Assembly (NCBI GenBank): GCA_964618935.1
Contig: CAZUDL010000008.1
Location: 28,870 to 92,869 of the forward strand
Length of the DNA: 64,000 bases
DNA from: an uncultured Actinomycetes bacterium
GTDB lineage: Bacteria; Chloroflexota; Dormibacteria; Aeolococcales; Aeolococcaceae
Reading direction: 5' to 3'
Position numbers and translations under genes: made by a program. This document shows, piece after piece, positions 46,973 to 56,696 of this stretch. Position 1 is the first letter of the stretch. Every line of letters starts with the position of its first letter. A model generated the notes under the pieces. The model had not been told where the DNA came from. It was given only the letters and a program-made list of their open reading frames with translations, and ran no database searches.

Positions 46973-48556
46973 CTACTTCTTGACGAAGATGACGGCGCCG
47001 TCGCCGTCGTCGGGGAAATGGACCTGGGTCCACTGGGGGTCGACCGAGAGCGCCATGGACAGAGACGAGTCCGGCCGCTCGATGACGTAGTCGATCTGGT
47101 GCTCGGCGAGGATCTGCTGCCAGTCGGGTTCGGCGTTCTCCACGTCGCTGATCTGCTGCACCAGCTGGTTGCCCATGAGGGTGGCCTCGCCGTAGATGAA
47201 CACGCGGCGGTCGGTGAGGGGGACGTAGCCGTTGCTCGCGGGGGAGAAACGGTAGGCGAGGTAGCCGCCCCAGTCGTAGGCGTTGAACATGTGGGTGCCC
47301 ACATCCGGGTGGGCCAGCAGCCAGTCGGCCGCCCCCTCCGGGAAGTTGGCGCTGGTGCTCGCCGCCTGGCCCTGGAGCGTGTCCACGACGACGGCGCCGG
47401 TCACCGCCACCGACAGCACAAGGGCGAACGTCGCCAGGACGGTGAGATCCTGCCGCCGCCGGTCGACGTAGGCGGCGAACCGGGGCTGCCAGGCGCTGGC
47501 GGTCCAGCCCCCGCCCAGCCCCCAGGCGATGACGGGGACGACGGCCGCGACGGCGATGGCGCCGTTGCGCACGGCGGCGAGTGCGAGGACCATGCTCGCC
47601 AGGGCGACGCAGACGTCCCAGAGGCGCTGCCGCCGCGCGGCCATCGCCCAGACGGTGAAGAGGAGCATCAGCCCCAGCCCCCACTCCTCGGGGGAGTGGA
47701 AGTTGGGCGACTTCCACTCGGCGATGAAGCTCTGCTGTGCCGAGCTGAACTGGATGTGCAGGGGGATGAGGTAGACGCTGATGGTGTGTGGGTTGATCAG
47801 GGCCGTCAGGAACGAGGCGCCCAGCACCACCCACAGGCCCAGCGCGCGCCGCCGCGTCGCCACCTTTTCGCCGGTGAAGGCCCAGCGGGCCGACTCGGTG
47901 ACGGCGGCGAGCCCGACGAAGAAGAGGCCGTACACGAACCCGCCGTGCAGGTTGGCCCAGATCACCATCACCGCGGGCAGCCAGAAGAGGCGGTGGCTGC
48001 GATCGCGGAGGTAGGCCTCGATCCAGTAGAGGGTCAGGCCGAGGAGGGCGAAGCTGATCATCTGCGAGCGCGGGCCCCAGACCGCAACCCCCGCCGCCGC
48101 CCCCACGAGCAGGGAGAGCGCGGCGATCAGGGGAGGGACGCGCTCCAGCGCGATGCGGCGCCAGATCAGCCACATGCCGGCCCAGATCACCGCCGTGTAG
48201 ACGAGGCTCACGGCGAGGAAGCTGCCGGCGCGGAAGACGAGGGCGAGGAGGATCTCGCTGCCCCACTCCTGGTCGGCCCACGAGTGGCCGCTCACCGTGT
48301 AGGTGAAGAGGTCGTGGGTGGGGAGTGTCCCGTGGGCGAGCATCCACTGGCCCGTCGCCAGGTGCCAGTAGAAGTCGGGGTCGCCGACCCTCCGGCAGAT
48401 CACCACCAGCACCCCGATCAGCGCCGCGGCGATGACCAGGCCGCCGATGCCGGGGCGGCGGAAGCGGCTCCAGGGCCTCGTGAGCGCGGGCGCCGTCTCC
48501 GGGGCTTCCGAGGCGGTCACACCTCCGCCGGTGGACGGCTCCTCTGCTGGTGGCAT
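46973..48556 (-). CDS. Polytopic membrane protein, putative GT-C glycosyltransferase
   Basis: DPDFYWHLATG in first loop, EWGSE, WANLHGGF, EWKSP, YDWGGYL; many TM helices; AGGAGG before ATG 48556. Confidence 0.65.
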   Translation of the reverse strand: MPPAEEPSTGGGVTASEAPETAPALTRPWSRFRRPGIGGLVIAAALIGVLVVICRRVGDPDFYWHLATGQWMLAHGTLPTHDLFTYTVSGHSWADQEWGSEILLALVFRAGSFLAVSLVYTAVIWAGMWLIWRRIALERVPPLIAALSLLVGAAAGVAVWGPRSQMISFALLGLTLYWIEAYLRDRSHRLFWLPAVMVIWANLHGGFVYGLFFVGLAAVTESARWAFTGEKVATRRRALGLWVVLGASFLTALINPHTISVYLIPLHIQFSSAQQSFIAEWKSPNFHSPEEWGLGLMLLFTVWAMAARRQRLWDVCVALASMVLALAAVRNGAIAVAAVVPVIAWGLGGGWTASAWQPRFAAYVDRRRQDLTVLATFALVLSVAVTGAVVVDTLQGQAASTSANFPEGAADWLLAHPDVGTHMFNAYDWGGYLAYRFSPASNGYVPLTDRRVFIYGEATLMGNQLVQQISDVENAEPDWQQILAEHQIDYVIERPDSSLSMALSVDPQWTQVHFPDDGDGAVIFVKK

Positions 48557-48791
48557 CCCGGTATCACCCTCCTGCGCGACGTCGGGGTGGAAACCCGCTT
48601 GTGCCCACCTCCGTCCTGACCCGCCCCCGCCCACGCCGACCGGTCTCGCCGGCACGGGAAGAGGCCGGGCAATGATACGGTCTGCGCCCTGGGCAGCCGT
48701 GACGGTCCGGCCCGGCCGGTAACCGCTCAGCAAGGTTGCGTGATGATGATGCCATTGGGCTCCGCCGGTCCCTCCCCGAGCTGAGGGCGGC

Positions 48792-50441
48792 GTGCCCGGC
48801 GCGGAGGCGACGGAGGACGCGGTGGGACTGTCCGGGAACCCGGGCGCGGCCGGTGCAGCCGCCTCGGGACGCCATCCCTCCCCCGTCTCCCGGAGCGACG
48901 GCCCGGCGACCTCCGGTGTGGCAGGGGGGTTCCGCAGGCGGCTCTGGCTGATCGGGCCCGCCGCACTCTACTGCGTTCTCCGCCTCCCCTCCTTCTTCGA
49001 GCCGCACTGGTACACGGACGAGGCGGGCTACGTCGCCACCGCCCGCTCCATGCTCCAGGGCAAGACCCTCTACACCCAGATCTGGAACAACAAGCCGCCC
49101 CTCCACCTGTGGACCGTCGCCCTGGTGATCAAGTTCCTCGGCACCAGCGAGGCGGCGCTCCACTCGCTCACCTTCGTGAGCGGGCTGCTGACCCTCGCCG
49201 CCGTCGCCTACGCGTGCGACCGGGTGCTCGGCCGGCGGCGGACCGCCATCGCCCTCCTCGTCGCGGCCGTTCTCCTGGGCACGCCGATCCTCGACGCGGA
49301 GCTGCTCCTCCCCGAGAGCCTGCTGATCGCCCCCGTCACCTGGGCCGGGGCGATCCTCCTCCGTCGCTTCGCCGCGCCGGACGAGCGGGACTGGCCCCGC
49401 TGGCCCATCGCGGTGGGGGCGCTCGTGGCCGTCGCCATCGCCTACCAGCAGACGGCCGTGGCGGAGGCCTGCGCCTTCGGTTTCATCCTGCTCGTCACGT
49501 CGCGCGGCAACTGGCGGCGCTTCGCCGCCTACGCCATCACGGTGTCGGCGCTGACCGTCGCCTGGCTGATCCCGACCGTCCTCTCCGCCGGGCTGTCCAC
49601 CGCCAGCTATGCCCTCGTCGGGTTCTACGTCCACTTCACCCAGGGCAACTTCGCCGGGACGGCCGGCCTCCTCCTGCACCTGGTCCCCATCGTCGTCGCC
49701 TTCTCCCTGCTGGTGCTGTGCGCATGGTTCCGCCGGCACGATCGCGACCCGACCTGGGCGCTCTGGTTCTGGGCCGGCGCCGCCCTGCTGGTCCCCTCCA
49801 TCGCCCGTCAGCCCTACCCCCACTACCTGCTCCCCTCCGCGGTGCCGGTGGCCATGGCCATCTGCAGCCTCCGCCCGCTCCGCAGCAGGGGCGTCAGCCT
49901 GACCCAGAGGCTGACCGCCGCCGGACTCATCGCCGGGACGGCCCTGGTCCTCCCCGCGGCCGCCGTCACCGGGTTCAACTGGATCCCCTGGCCGGGGATC
50001 TCAGACCTGAGCCTGGCCACCTACTACGGGGGCGCGGTCCTGGTCGCCACCGGTGCGCAGTCGGATCAGTCCTGGGAGAACGAGTTCGACCTGCGGGTCG
50101 GCGAGGACCGGGCGGCGGCCGACTGGATCACCGGCCACGGTCTCCAGGGCACCTCCGCCGTCATCTGGTCGGCCGACGCCTGGCTCTACTCGATCAGCGA
50201 CTTCACCGTCCTCATGCCGACCCCTCCCATCTACAACGACGCCCCGCTGCTGGGAGGCTGGGACGCCACAGCGCAGCGGGTGGCCTCGCTCGATCCCGTG
50301 GTCGTCGTCACCGAGGGGACGACGATCGCGTCCTACCCCCAGATCGAGCCCCTTCTCGCCAGCTCCTACCGGGCCTGTGAGCAGAACGGGTCCGAGATCG
50401 TCTGGGTGCGGGACGACGTCGCACAGGCGCTGCTCGGGTGA
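48792..50441 (+). CDS. ArnT/PMT-like (GT-C) membrane glycosyltransferase
   Basis: WYTDEAGY (DE motif), IWNNKPP, PHYLLP, many TM helices; start uncertain. Confidence 0.7.
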   Translation: MPGAEATEDAVGLSGNPGAAGAAASGRHPSPVSRSDGPATSGVAGGFRRRLWLIGPAALYCVLRLPSFFEPHWYTDEAGYVATARSMLQGKTLYTQIWNNKPPLHLWTVALVIKFLGTSEAALHSLTFVSGLLTLAAVAYACDRVLGRRRTAIALLVAAVLLGTPILDAELLLPESLLIAPVTWAGAILLRRFAAPDERDWPRWPIAVGALVAVAIAYQQTAVAEACAFGFILLVTSRGNWRRFAAYAITVSALTVAWLIPTVLSAGLSTASYALVGFYVHFTQGNFAGTAGLLLHLVPIVVAFSLLVLCAWFRRHDRDPTWALWFWAGAALLVPSIARQPYPHYLLPSAVPVAMAICSLRPLRSRGVSLTQRLTAAGLIAGTALVLPAAAVTGFNWIPWPGISDLSLATYYGGAVLVATGAQSDQSWENEFDLRVGEDRAAADWITGHGLQGTSAVIWSADAWLYSISDFTVLMPTPPIYNDAPLLGGWDATAQRVASLDPVVVVTEGTTIASYPQIEPLLASSYRACEQNGSEIVWVRDDVAQALLG

Positions 50442-51370
50442 CCGTCGACCTGTGGATCCCCGCCGGCACCGGGGGCGATCTGCGCGCGCTGCTGCCCGCG
50501 GAGACCGCCGTCCACGAGGTCCCCATGACCGGGGAGCTTCCGCCGCATCTCGGGCACGCCGACATCCTCGTCACCGACTTCCGCTGGCACCGGGCGATCG
50601 AGGCCATCCCCCGCCTCGAGGGCCTGCGTGTCCTGCAGTCCCTCTCCGCCGGAGTGGACGCCATCGCCGGCCGCGTCCCTCCCCACATCACCCTCTGCGA
50701 CGCCGCCGGCGTCCACGACATCCCCGTGGCCGAGTGGGTGATCGCCGCCGTCCTCGCCTCCCGGCACCGGTTCCCCGAGTACGTCACCGCCCAGGCCGCC
50801 GGCCACTGGCTGGATCAGGGCCTCGACCTGACCGGGGGCGGCGCCGACCTCGAGGGCGCCACGGCGCTGATCGTCGGCCACGGCTCCATCGGCCGCGCGG
50901 TGGAGAAGCGGCTCCGCCCCTTCGGAGTCGAGTTCCTCCGCGTTGCCCGCACCGCCCGCCCGGGGGTGTCCACCGTCGCGGACCTAGCCGCCCTGGTGCC
51001 GCGCGCCGACATCGTGATCGTCCTGGTGCCGCTCACCGCCGAGACCAGGGGCCTCGTCGACCGGGAGTTCCTCGCCGCGATGCGCCGCGGCGCGCTGCTG
51101 GTCAACGCCGCCCGGGGAGCCGTCGTCGACACGGCAGCGCTGGTCGAGGCACTCCGGGCCCGGCGGATCGTCGCCGCCCTGGACGTCACCGACCCCGAGC
51201 CCCTCCCCGACGGCCACCCCCTCTGGTCCTGCCCCGGGCTCCTCATCACCCCCCACGTGGCCGGGGCGGTGCTGGCGCTGCCGGAGAGGGCCTGGCGCCT
51301 GGTGAGCGACCAGGTCGGGCGGTATCTCCGCGGAGAGCCCCTGCTCAACGTGGTCGTCGACGGATACTGA
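50438..51370 (+). CDS. D-isomer-specific 2-hydroxyacid dehydrogenase
   Basis: SLSAGVD, GHGSIG, VNAARGAVVD, LDVTDPEPLP, TPHVAG. Confidence 0.92.
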   Translation: MTVDLWIPAGTGGDLRALLPAETAVHEVPMTGELPPHLGHADILVTDFRWHRAIEAIPRLEGLRVLQSLSAGVDAIAGRVPPHITLCDAAGVHDIPVAEWVIAAVLASRHRFPEYVTAQAAGHWLDQGLDLTGGGADLEGATALIVGHGSIGRAVEKRLRPFGVEFLRVARTARPGVSTVADLAALVPRADIVIVLVPLTAETRGLVDREFLAAMRRGALLVNAARGAVVDTAALVEALRARRIVAALDVTDPEPLPDGHPLWSCPGLLITPHVAGAVLALPERAWRLVSDQVGRYLRGEPLLNVVVDGY

Positions 51371-51377
51371 GGCGGCC

Positions 51378-52403
<1,026 letters not shown>

Positions 52404-52433
52404 GGACCGCGGCCCGGACGCCCCGGGGGCCGG

Positions 52434-53627
52434 TCAGGCGTAGGTGAGGTTGTCAGGCAGGGCCCGCGGCGCCTGCGGACCGACGTAGAGGGCCGACGGG
52501 CGGATGAGCCGGTTGGCACCCGCCTGCTCGACGATGCCGGCGGTCCATCCCACCGTGCGGCTGCAGGCGAAGGTCGGGGTGAACATGTCGCGGGGCACCC
52601 CGACCGTGTTCATCACGACACCGCCGTAGAACTCCACGTTGGTGTACAGGCGCCGGCCCGGCTTCAGCTCGGCCAGCACCCGCAGCGCGGTCTGCTCGAT
52701 GTGCTGGGCGAACTCGGCCTGGGCGCCGCCGATCTCTCTGGCCACCTCGCGCAGCAGCAGCGACCGGGGGTCGTCGGTCTTGTAGATGCGGTGGCCGAAG
52801 CCCATCAGGCGCTGCCCGTTGGCGATCTGCTGCCGCAGGTAGTCCTCCGCCTTCTCGGGCGAGCCGATGGCGTCGAGCATCGCCAGCGCCCGCGAGGGGG
52901 CGCCGCCGTGCAGCGGGCCGGCCAGGGCGCCGATGGCGCCGGTGATGGCCGAGCCCATATCGCTGCCCGTGGAGGTGATCACCCGCGCCGTGAAGGTGCT
53001 GGCGTTGAAGCCGTGGTCCATGGTCAGCAGCAGGTACTTCTCGAGCGCCCTGGCGTTCTTCTCGTCGGGGCGCTCTCCCGTCAGCATCTGGAGGTAGGCG
53101 GCGGCATAGCCGAGGTCGGGGTCGGGGTCAACCGGAGGCAGGCCCTGCTGCACCCGGTACAGCCGCATGAGGAGCACCGGGACCAGCGCCGCCATGCGCA
53201 GCCCGTCGGCACGCACCTCCTCCACCCCGATGTCGAGGCTGGGCCTGAGGTTGAGGGCGGCCGCCGTCGCGGAGACGGCGGTGCGCAGCGATCCCAGGGG
53301 GGTGTGGCCGGGGAGACGGGCGATGACGTCGAGTGCCTCACCGATGCCGGTGGGCAGCTGACGCGCCTCGACTGCCTTCTCCCGGAAGGCCCGCAGCTGG
53401 GCGTCGTCCGGGAGCTCGCCCATGAGCAGGAGGTGCCAGACCTGCTCGAACGAGCAGCGCCGGGTCAGCGCGGTGGCGTCATAGCCGCGGTAGTGGAAGA
53501 AGCCCTCTTCGCCCCGGACGTCGCTGATCAGGGTTTCGGAAACCGCCACACCCTCGAGCCCCGGCGGGGCCAGGACCGGCGGGGCCGCAACCCTGAGCGC
53601 GTCTCTTATCGGGACAGGCTCCTCCAT
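52434..53627 (-). CDS. Citrate synthase (citrate/2-methylcitrate synthase family)
   Basis: GLEGV, DHGFNAST, GPLHGGA, GFGHRIYK, NVEFY, RLIRP. Confidence 0.93.
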   Translation of the reverse strand: MEEPVPIRDALRVAAPPVLAPPGLEGVAVSETLISDVRGEEGFFHYRGYDATALTRRCSFEQVWHLLLMGELPDDAQLRAFREKAVEARQLPTGIGEALDVIARLPGHTPLGSLRTAVSATAAALNLRPSLDIGVEEVRADGLRMAALVPVLLMRLYRVQQGLPPVDPDPDLGYAAAYLQMLTGERPDEKNARALEKYLLLTMDHGFNASTFTARVITSTGSDMGSAITGAIGALAGPLHGGAPSRALAMLDAIGSPEKAEDYLRQQIANGQRLMGFGHRIYKTDDPRSLLLREVAREIGGAQAEFAQHIEQTALRVLAELKPGRRLYTNVEFYGGVVMNTVGVPRDMFTPTFACSRTVGWTAGIVEQAGANRLIRPSALYVGPQAPRALPDNLTYA

Positions 53628-53783
53628 TCGCTTCCCGACTCTACAGGGTCCCGCCGGTCCGCAGGCTTTCCAATCCCCGCTCGCCGCCCGCCCCCTCCGC
53701 CTCCCGGAGCGGTGGGAGCTCGTTGGCAGGTTCGCCGGACCTCTGCTATCCTCGCCCGGTCACCCCCGACTTGGACACCCAGC

Positions 53784-54905
53784 ATGCGTCGCACCCCCTT
53801 TGTCGGTGGCCGTCTCGGGCTGTCGATCGTCGTGATCGCCGTCCTGATGGCGTCCTCTCCGCCTCAACTCTCCGGCCCGCAGCCGCCGAGCCGGATGGCG
53901 GACGTCTACGACCTGGAGATCGCCGCTCTGCAGACCCAGTACGACGCCCTCGGCGCCCAGATCCAGTCCCTCCTCGCTGATCAGACCGCGGCGTCCGCCC
54001 AGGCGGCGGAGGTCCAGGCGCAGGTGACCGCCACCCAGCAGAGCATGCAGACCGTCGAGACGCACATGACCCAGTTGAACGCAGCTCTGACGGCCACCAA
54101 TGCGGACATCCAGGCCGACACCGCCCGCCTCACCGCCGAGCGGAGCCAGCTCACCCAGCTGCTGGTGGCGATGTACACCGAGGGTGGTGGAAGCGCCCTC
54201 ACCGCCCTCGTCAGCAGCCAGAGCATCAGCCAGTTCATGACCCGCCTCGACGCCGTCCAGACGGTGGGGCAGAGGGTGCAGACGCTGATCGTCGCCGTGC
54301 GCACCGACGAGCAGAGCCTCGAGGTCCTGCGGCAGACGCAGCAGACGGATCTGACCGCGGCAGCGGCGTCGATGGCGCAGCTGGCCTCGCTGCAGAGCCA
54401 GCTTCAGGCCCAGCAGGCCCAGCTGCAGGCGCAGGTGGCGGCGCTCGGCGGCCAGGTCGCCGCCCTGCAGGGGCAGGCGCAGTCCCTGCAGAGCCAGATC
54501 GCCACCCTCCGCGCCGAGCAGGCTGCGGCCCAGGCCAGCGGCTATGGCGGCACCGTCCTCCAGCCCTTCGCCTTCGGTCCCATCAACGACGACTACCCGT
54601 GGGGCCAGTGCACCTGGTACGTCGCCTCGTTGCGCAACGTGCCCTGGATGGCCAACGCCAAGGACTGGCTGGAGTTCTCACAGTGGGACGGCTTCTCCAC
54701 GGGGATGACGCCGGAACCCGGCGCCATCGTCGTCTGGGGCGCGGGCCACGGATACAACGCGCTCTACGGTCACGTCGCCTACGTCGTCGCCGTGCAGAGC
54801 TCGTACCAGTTCACCGTGGACGAGGCCAACTTCTACCTGGTTCCCGGCCAGGTCGATCAGCGGCAGGTGAACACGCTGAACGACGTCGAGGGCTTCATCT
54901 ACTGA
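53784..54905 (+). CDS. Secreted coiled-coil + CHAP peptidoglycan hydrolase (PcsB/CwlO-like)
   Basis: Signal peptide, long Gln/Ala-rich heptads, YPWGQCTWYV (Cys), YGHVAYV (His), DEANF; TGcTATCCT upstream. Confidence 0.88.
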   Translation: MRRTPFVGGRLGLSIVVIAVLMASSPPQLSGPQPPSRMADVYDLEIAALQTQYDALGAQIQSLLADQTAASAQAAEVQAQVTATQQSMQTVETHMTQLNAALTATNADIQADTARLTAERSQLTQLLVAMYTEGGGSALTALVSSQSISQFMTRLDAVQTVGQRVQTLIVAVRTDEQSLEVLRQTQQTDLTAAAASMAQLASLQSQLQAQQAQLQAQVAALGGQVAALQGQAQSLQSQIATLRAEQAAAQASGYGGTVLQPFAFGPINDDYPWGQCTWYVASLRNVPWMANAKDWLEFSQWDGFSTGMTPEPGAIVVWGAGHGYNALYGHVAYVVAVQSSYQFTVDEANFYLVPGQVDQRQVNTLNDVEGFIY

Positions 54906-54972
54906 CCTCGGCGGAGGGGGCGCCGCAGCTGCCGATGCCGGTGCCTCCGATGTGCTCTGATAGGTGGTGCCC

Positions 54973-55611
54973 ATGAAGCAGTGGATCCACGGCGACACCG
55001 GACACTTCGACCGCTGGTCGGCCACCTATGACCGCAGCCTCCTGCAGCGGCTCCTCTTCGACCGTGTCCACCGCCACGTGTGTGCGGCACTCCTGGAGGG
55101 CCGCGTCCCTGCCACCGTGGTCGACGTCGGCTGCGGCACGGGGCGACTCCTGGAGATGATCCGGCGCCGCCTTCCGGACGCCGAGCTGGTCGGCGTCGAC
55201 TCCTCCGAGGGGATGGTCTCGGTCGCCCGCTCCCGCTTCGCCGGCGTGCGCGGGGTCCGCATCGAGGCTGGTTCCGCTCGCCACCTGCCCCTGGAGGGCG
55301 GCAGCGCCGACGTGGTGACCACGACGCTCTCCTTCCACCACTGGGACGAGCACGGCGACTCCCTGCGCGAGGTCGTGCGGGTGCTGCGCCCCGGGGGCCG
55401 GCTCCTCCTCGCCGACGTGCTGGGGATCGGCTTGTTCGGCCGCCTCGTCCACCGCCTCGGGCACCGCGACAGCAGCGCCTTCCGCGATGCCGGCGAGCTC
55501 TCCTCGCTGCTGGCCGGGGCGGGGTTCGCATCCTGGCGCCGGCGCCGGATCCTCGGTCCCGGCATCCCCGTCTTCCTGGTGGAGGCGCGGGTCGGCAGGC
55601 TCGACGCCTGA
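54973..55611 (+). CDS. Class I SAM-dependent methyltransferase
   Basis: VDVGCGTG, GVDSSEGM, SFHHW, LRPGG. Confidence 0.9.
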   Translation: MKQWIHGDTGHFDRWSATYDRSLLQRLLFDRVHRHVCAALLEGRVPATVVDVGCGTGRLLEMIRRRLPDAELVGVDSSEGMVSVARSRFAGVRGVRIEAGSARHLPLEGGSADVVTTTLSFHHWDEHGDSLREVVRVLRPGGRLLLADVLGIGLFGRLVHRLGHRDSSAFRDAGELSSLLAGAGFASWRRRRILGPGIPVFLVEARVGRLDA

Positions 55612-55634
55612 GCTCCTCTGCTGTCGCGGCTGGC

Positions 55635-56696
55635 TCAGCGCAGGGAGGAGGGGAGGGCTTCCGCGTCGGTGAGGCGGCGCGCCACGGTCACCGCGTCGTC
55701 GAAGAGGGCCTGCGCCCCGACGACGTTGGCCTCAGCGCCGGAGTGAGTGCTGACCCGGACGCCGTCGACGCCGTCCCGAACCCTCCCGCCCTCGCGGTCG
55801 TAGACAGGCTGGCCCGCCGGGTTGCGACCGTCGAACCACGCCCGGGCAGCGGTGGCACGTTCTGCGTACTCCGGTTCACCGGAGACCGCGGCCAGACGGC
55901 TCAGCACATGGACCGCGGAGGCGACGTCATAGGGTTGCGTCCGTGGCAGGTCGAAGCCGGACCTGACGGCCGCGCCGAACACCAGCTCCGCGCTGCGGCG
56001 GGCGACGTCGAGGAGGTCGGGCCGGCCCAGGTGCACTCCGACATCGGCGAGCACCCCCTCCTGGATGTGGCCCCAGAGATGAGGGTGGTTCCGCTCGTCG
56101 GGCGAGTTCATCAGCACACCGCCGGCGCGGCATCGCAGCAGCTCGTCGGTCCAGGGCCGCAGCAGCCCGTCGAGGCCGTGGGCGTTGCCCCCCTCCGACA
56201 GCACCAGCGCCGTTCGCAGGTGGAGTGCGCGCACGTCGGTGGGCACGTCCACGGCGGTCACCACATGGGGCAGGCCCGCTCGCAGTGCCGCATCGATCCG
56301 CGGATCGGTCAGGACCTGTGACGCTCGAGCCAGGGCGAGCAGGGCTCGAGCCTGCCAGAAGTCGCCGCCGGGACGGGACGTCCGCCCGCCCCGATTGGGA
56401 GTCCCCTGCCAATCGAGGATGAAGTTCAGCCAGCGCCCGTCGGCCTCCTGCATGGCGAGGACGAAGTCGAGCAGCCCCTCGCACCACCGCAACACCCAGG
56501 GCAGCCGTGTCGCCTCCCACAGATCGCAGTACAGCTCGAGGGCGCGCGCGGCGTCGTCGACACAGGCCACGCCCTCGTAGCCGGCCTCCCGGGCGCGAAG
56601 CGGTTCATCCCTCTCGTTGGCGTACACGGCGATGGCGATCCCGCTGCCGCCGGCGACCGGGACGCCGCGCCCCAGCCGGGCGAGCTGCCTCAGCAC
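55635..56696 (-). CDS. Uncharacterised alpha/alpha-toroid-like (six-hairpin glycosidase-like) protein
   Basis: EGVACVDDAARAL, MQEADGRWLNF, WFDGRNPAGQPVYD..GG.VRDG, SGAEA; overlaps the stop of the GT4-GH130 gene by 7 nt. Confidence 0.6.
   Translation of the reverse strand: MLRQLARLGRGVPVAGGSGIAIAVYANERDEPLRAREAGYEGVACVDDAARALELYCDLWEATRLPWVLRWCEGLLDFVLAMQEADGRWLNFILDWQGTPNRGGRTSRPGGDFWQARALLALARASQVLTDPRIDAALRAGLPHVVTAVDVPTDVRALHLRTALVLSEGGNAHGLDGLLRPWTDELLRCRAGGVLMNSPDERNHPHLWGHIQEGVLADVGVHLGRPDLLDVARRSAELVFGAAVRSGFDLPRTQPYDVASAVHVLSRLAAVSGEPEYAERATAARAWFDGRNPAGQPVYDREGGRVRDGVDGVRVSTHSGAEANVVGAQALFDDAVTVARRLTDAEALPSSLR

Noticed and set aside
52625-52645. Citrate synthase NVEFY rather than NVDFY
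   Set aside because: Glu at this position is typical of the actinobacterial CitA-type subfamily
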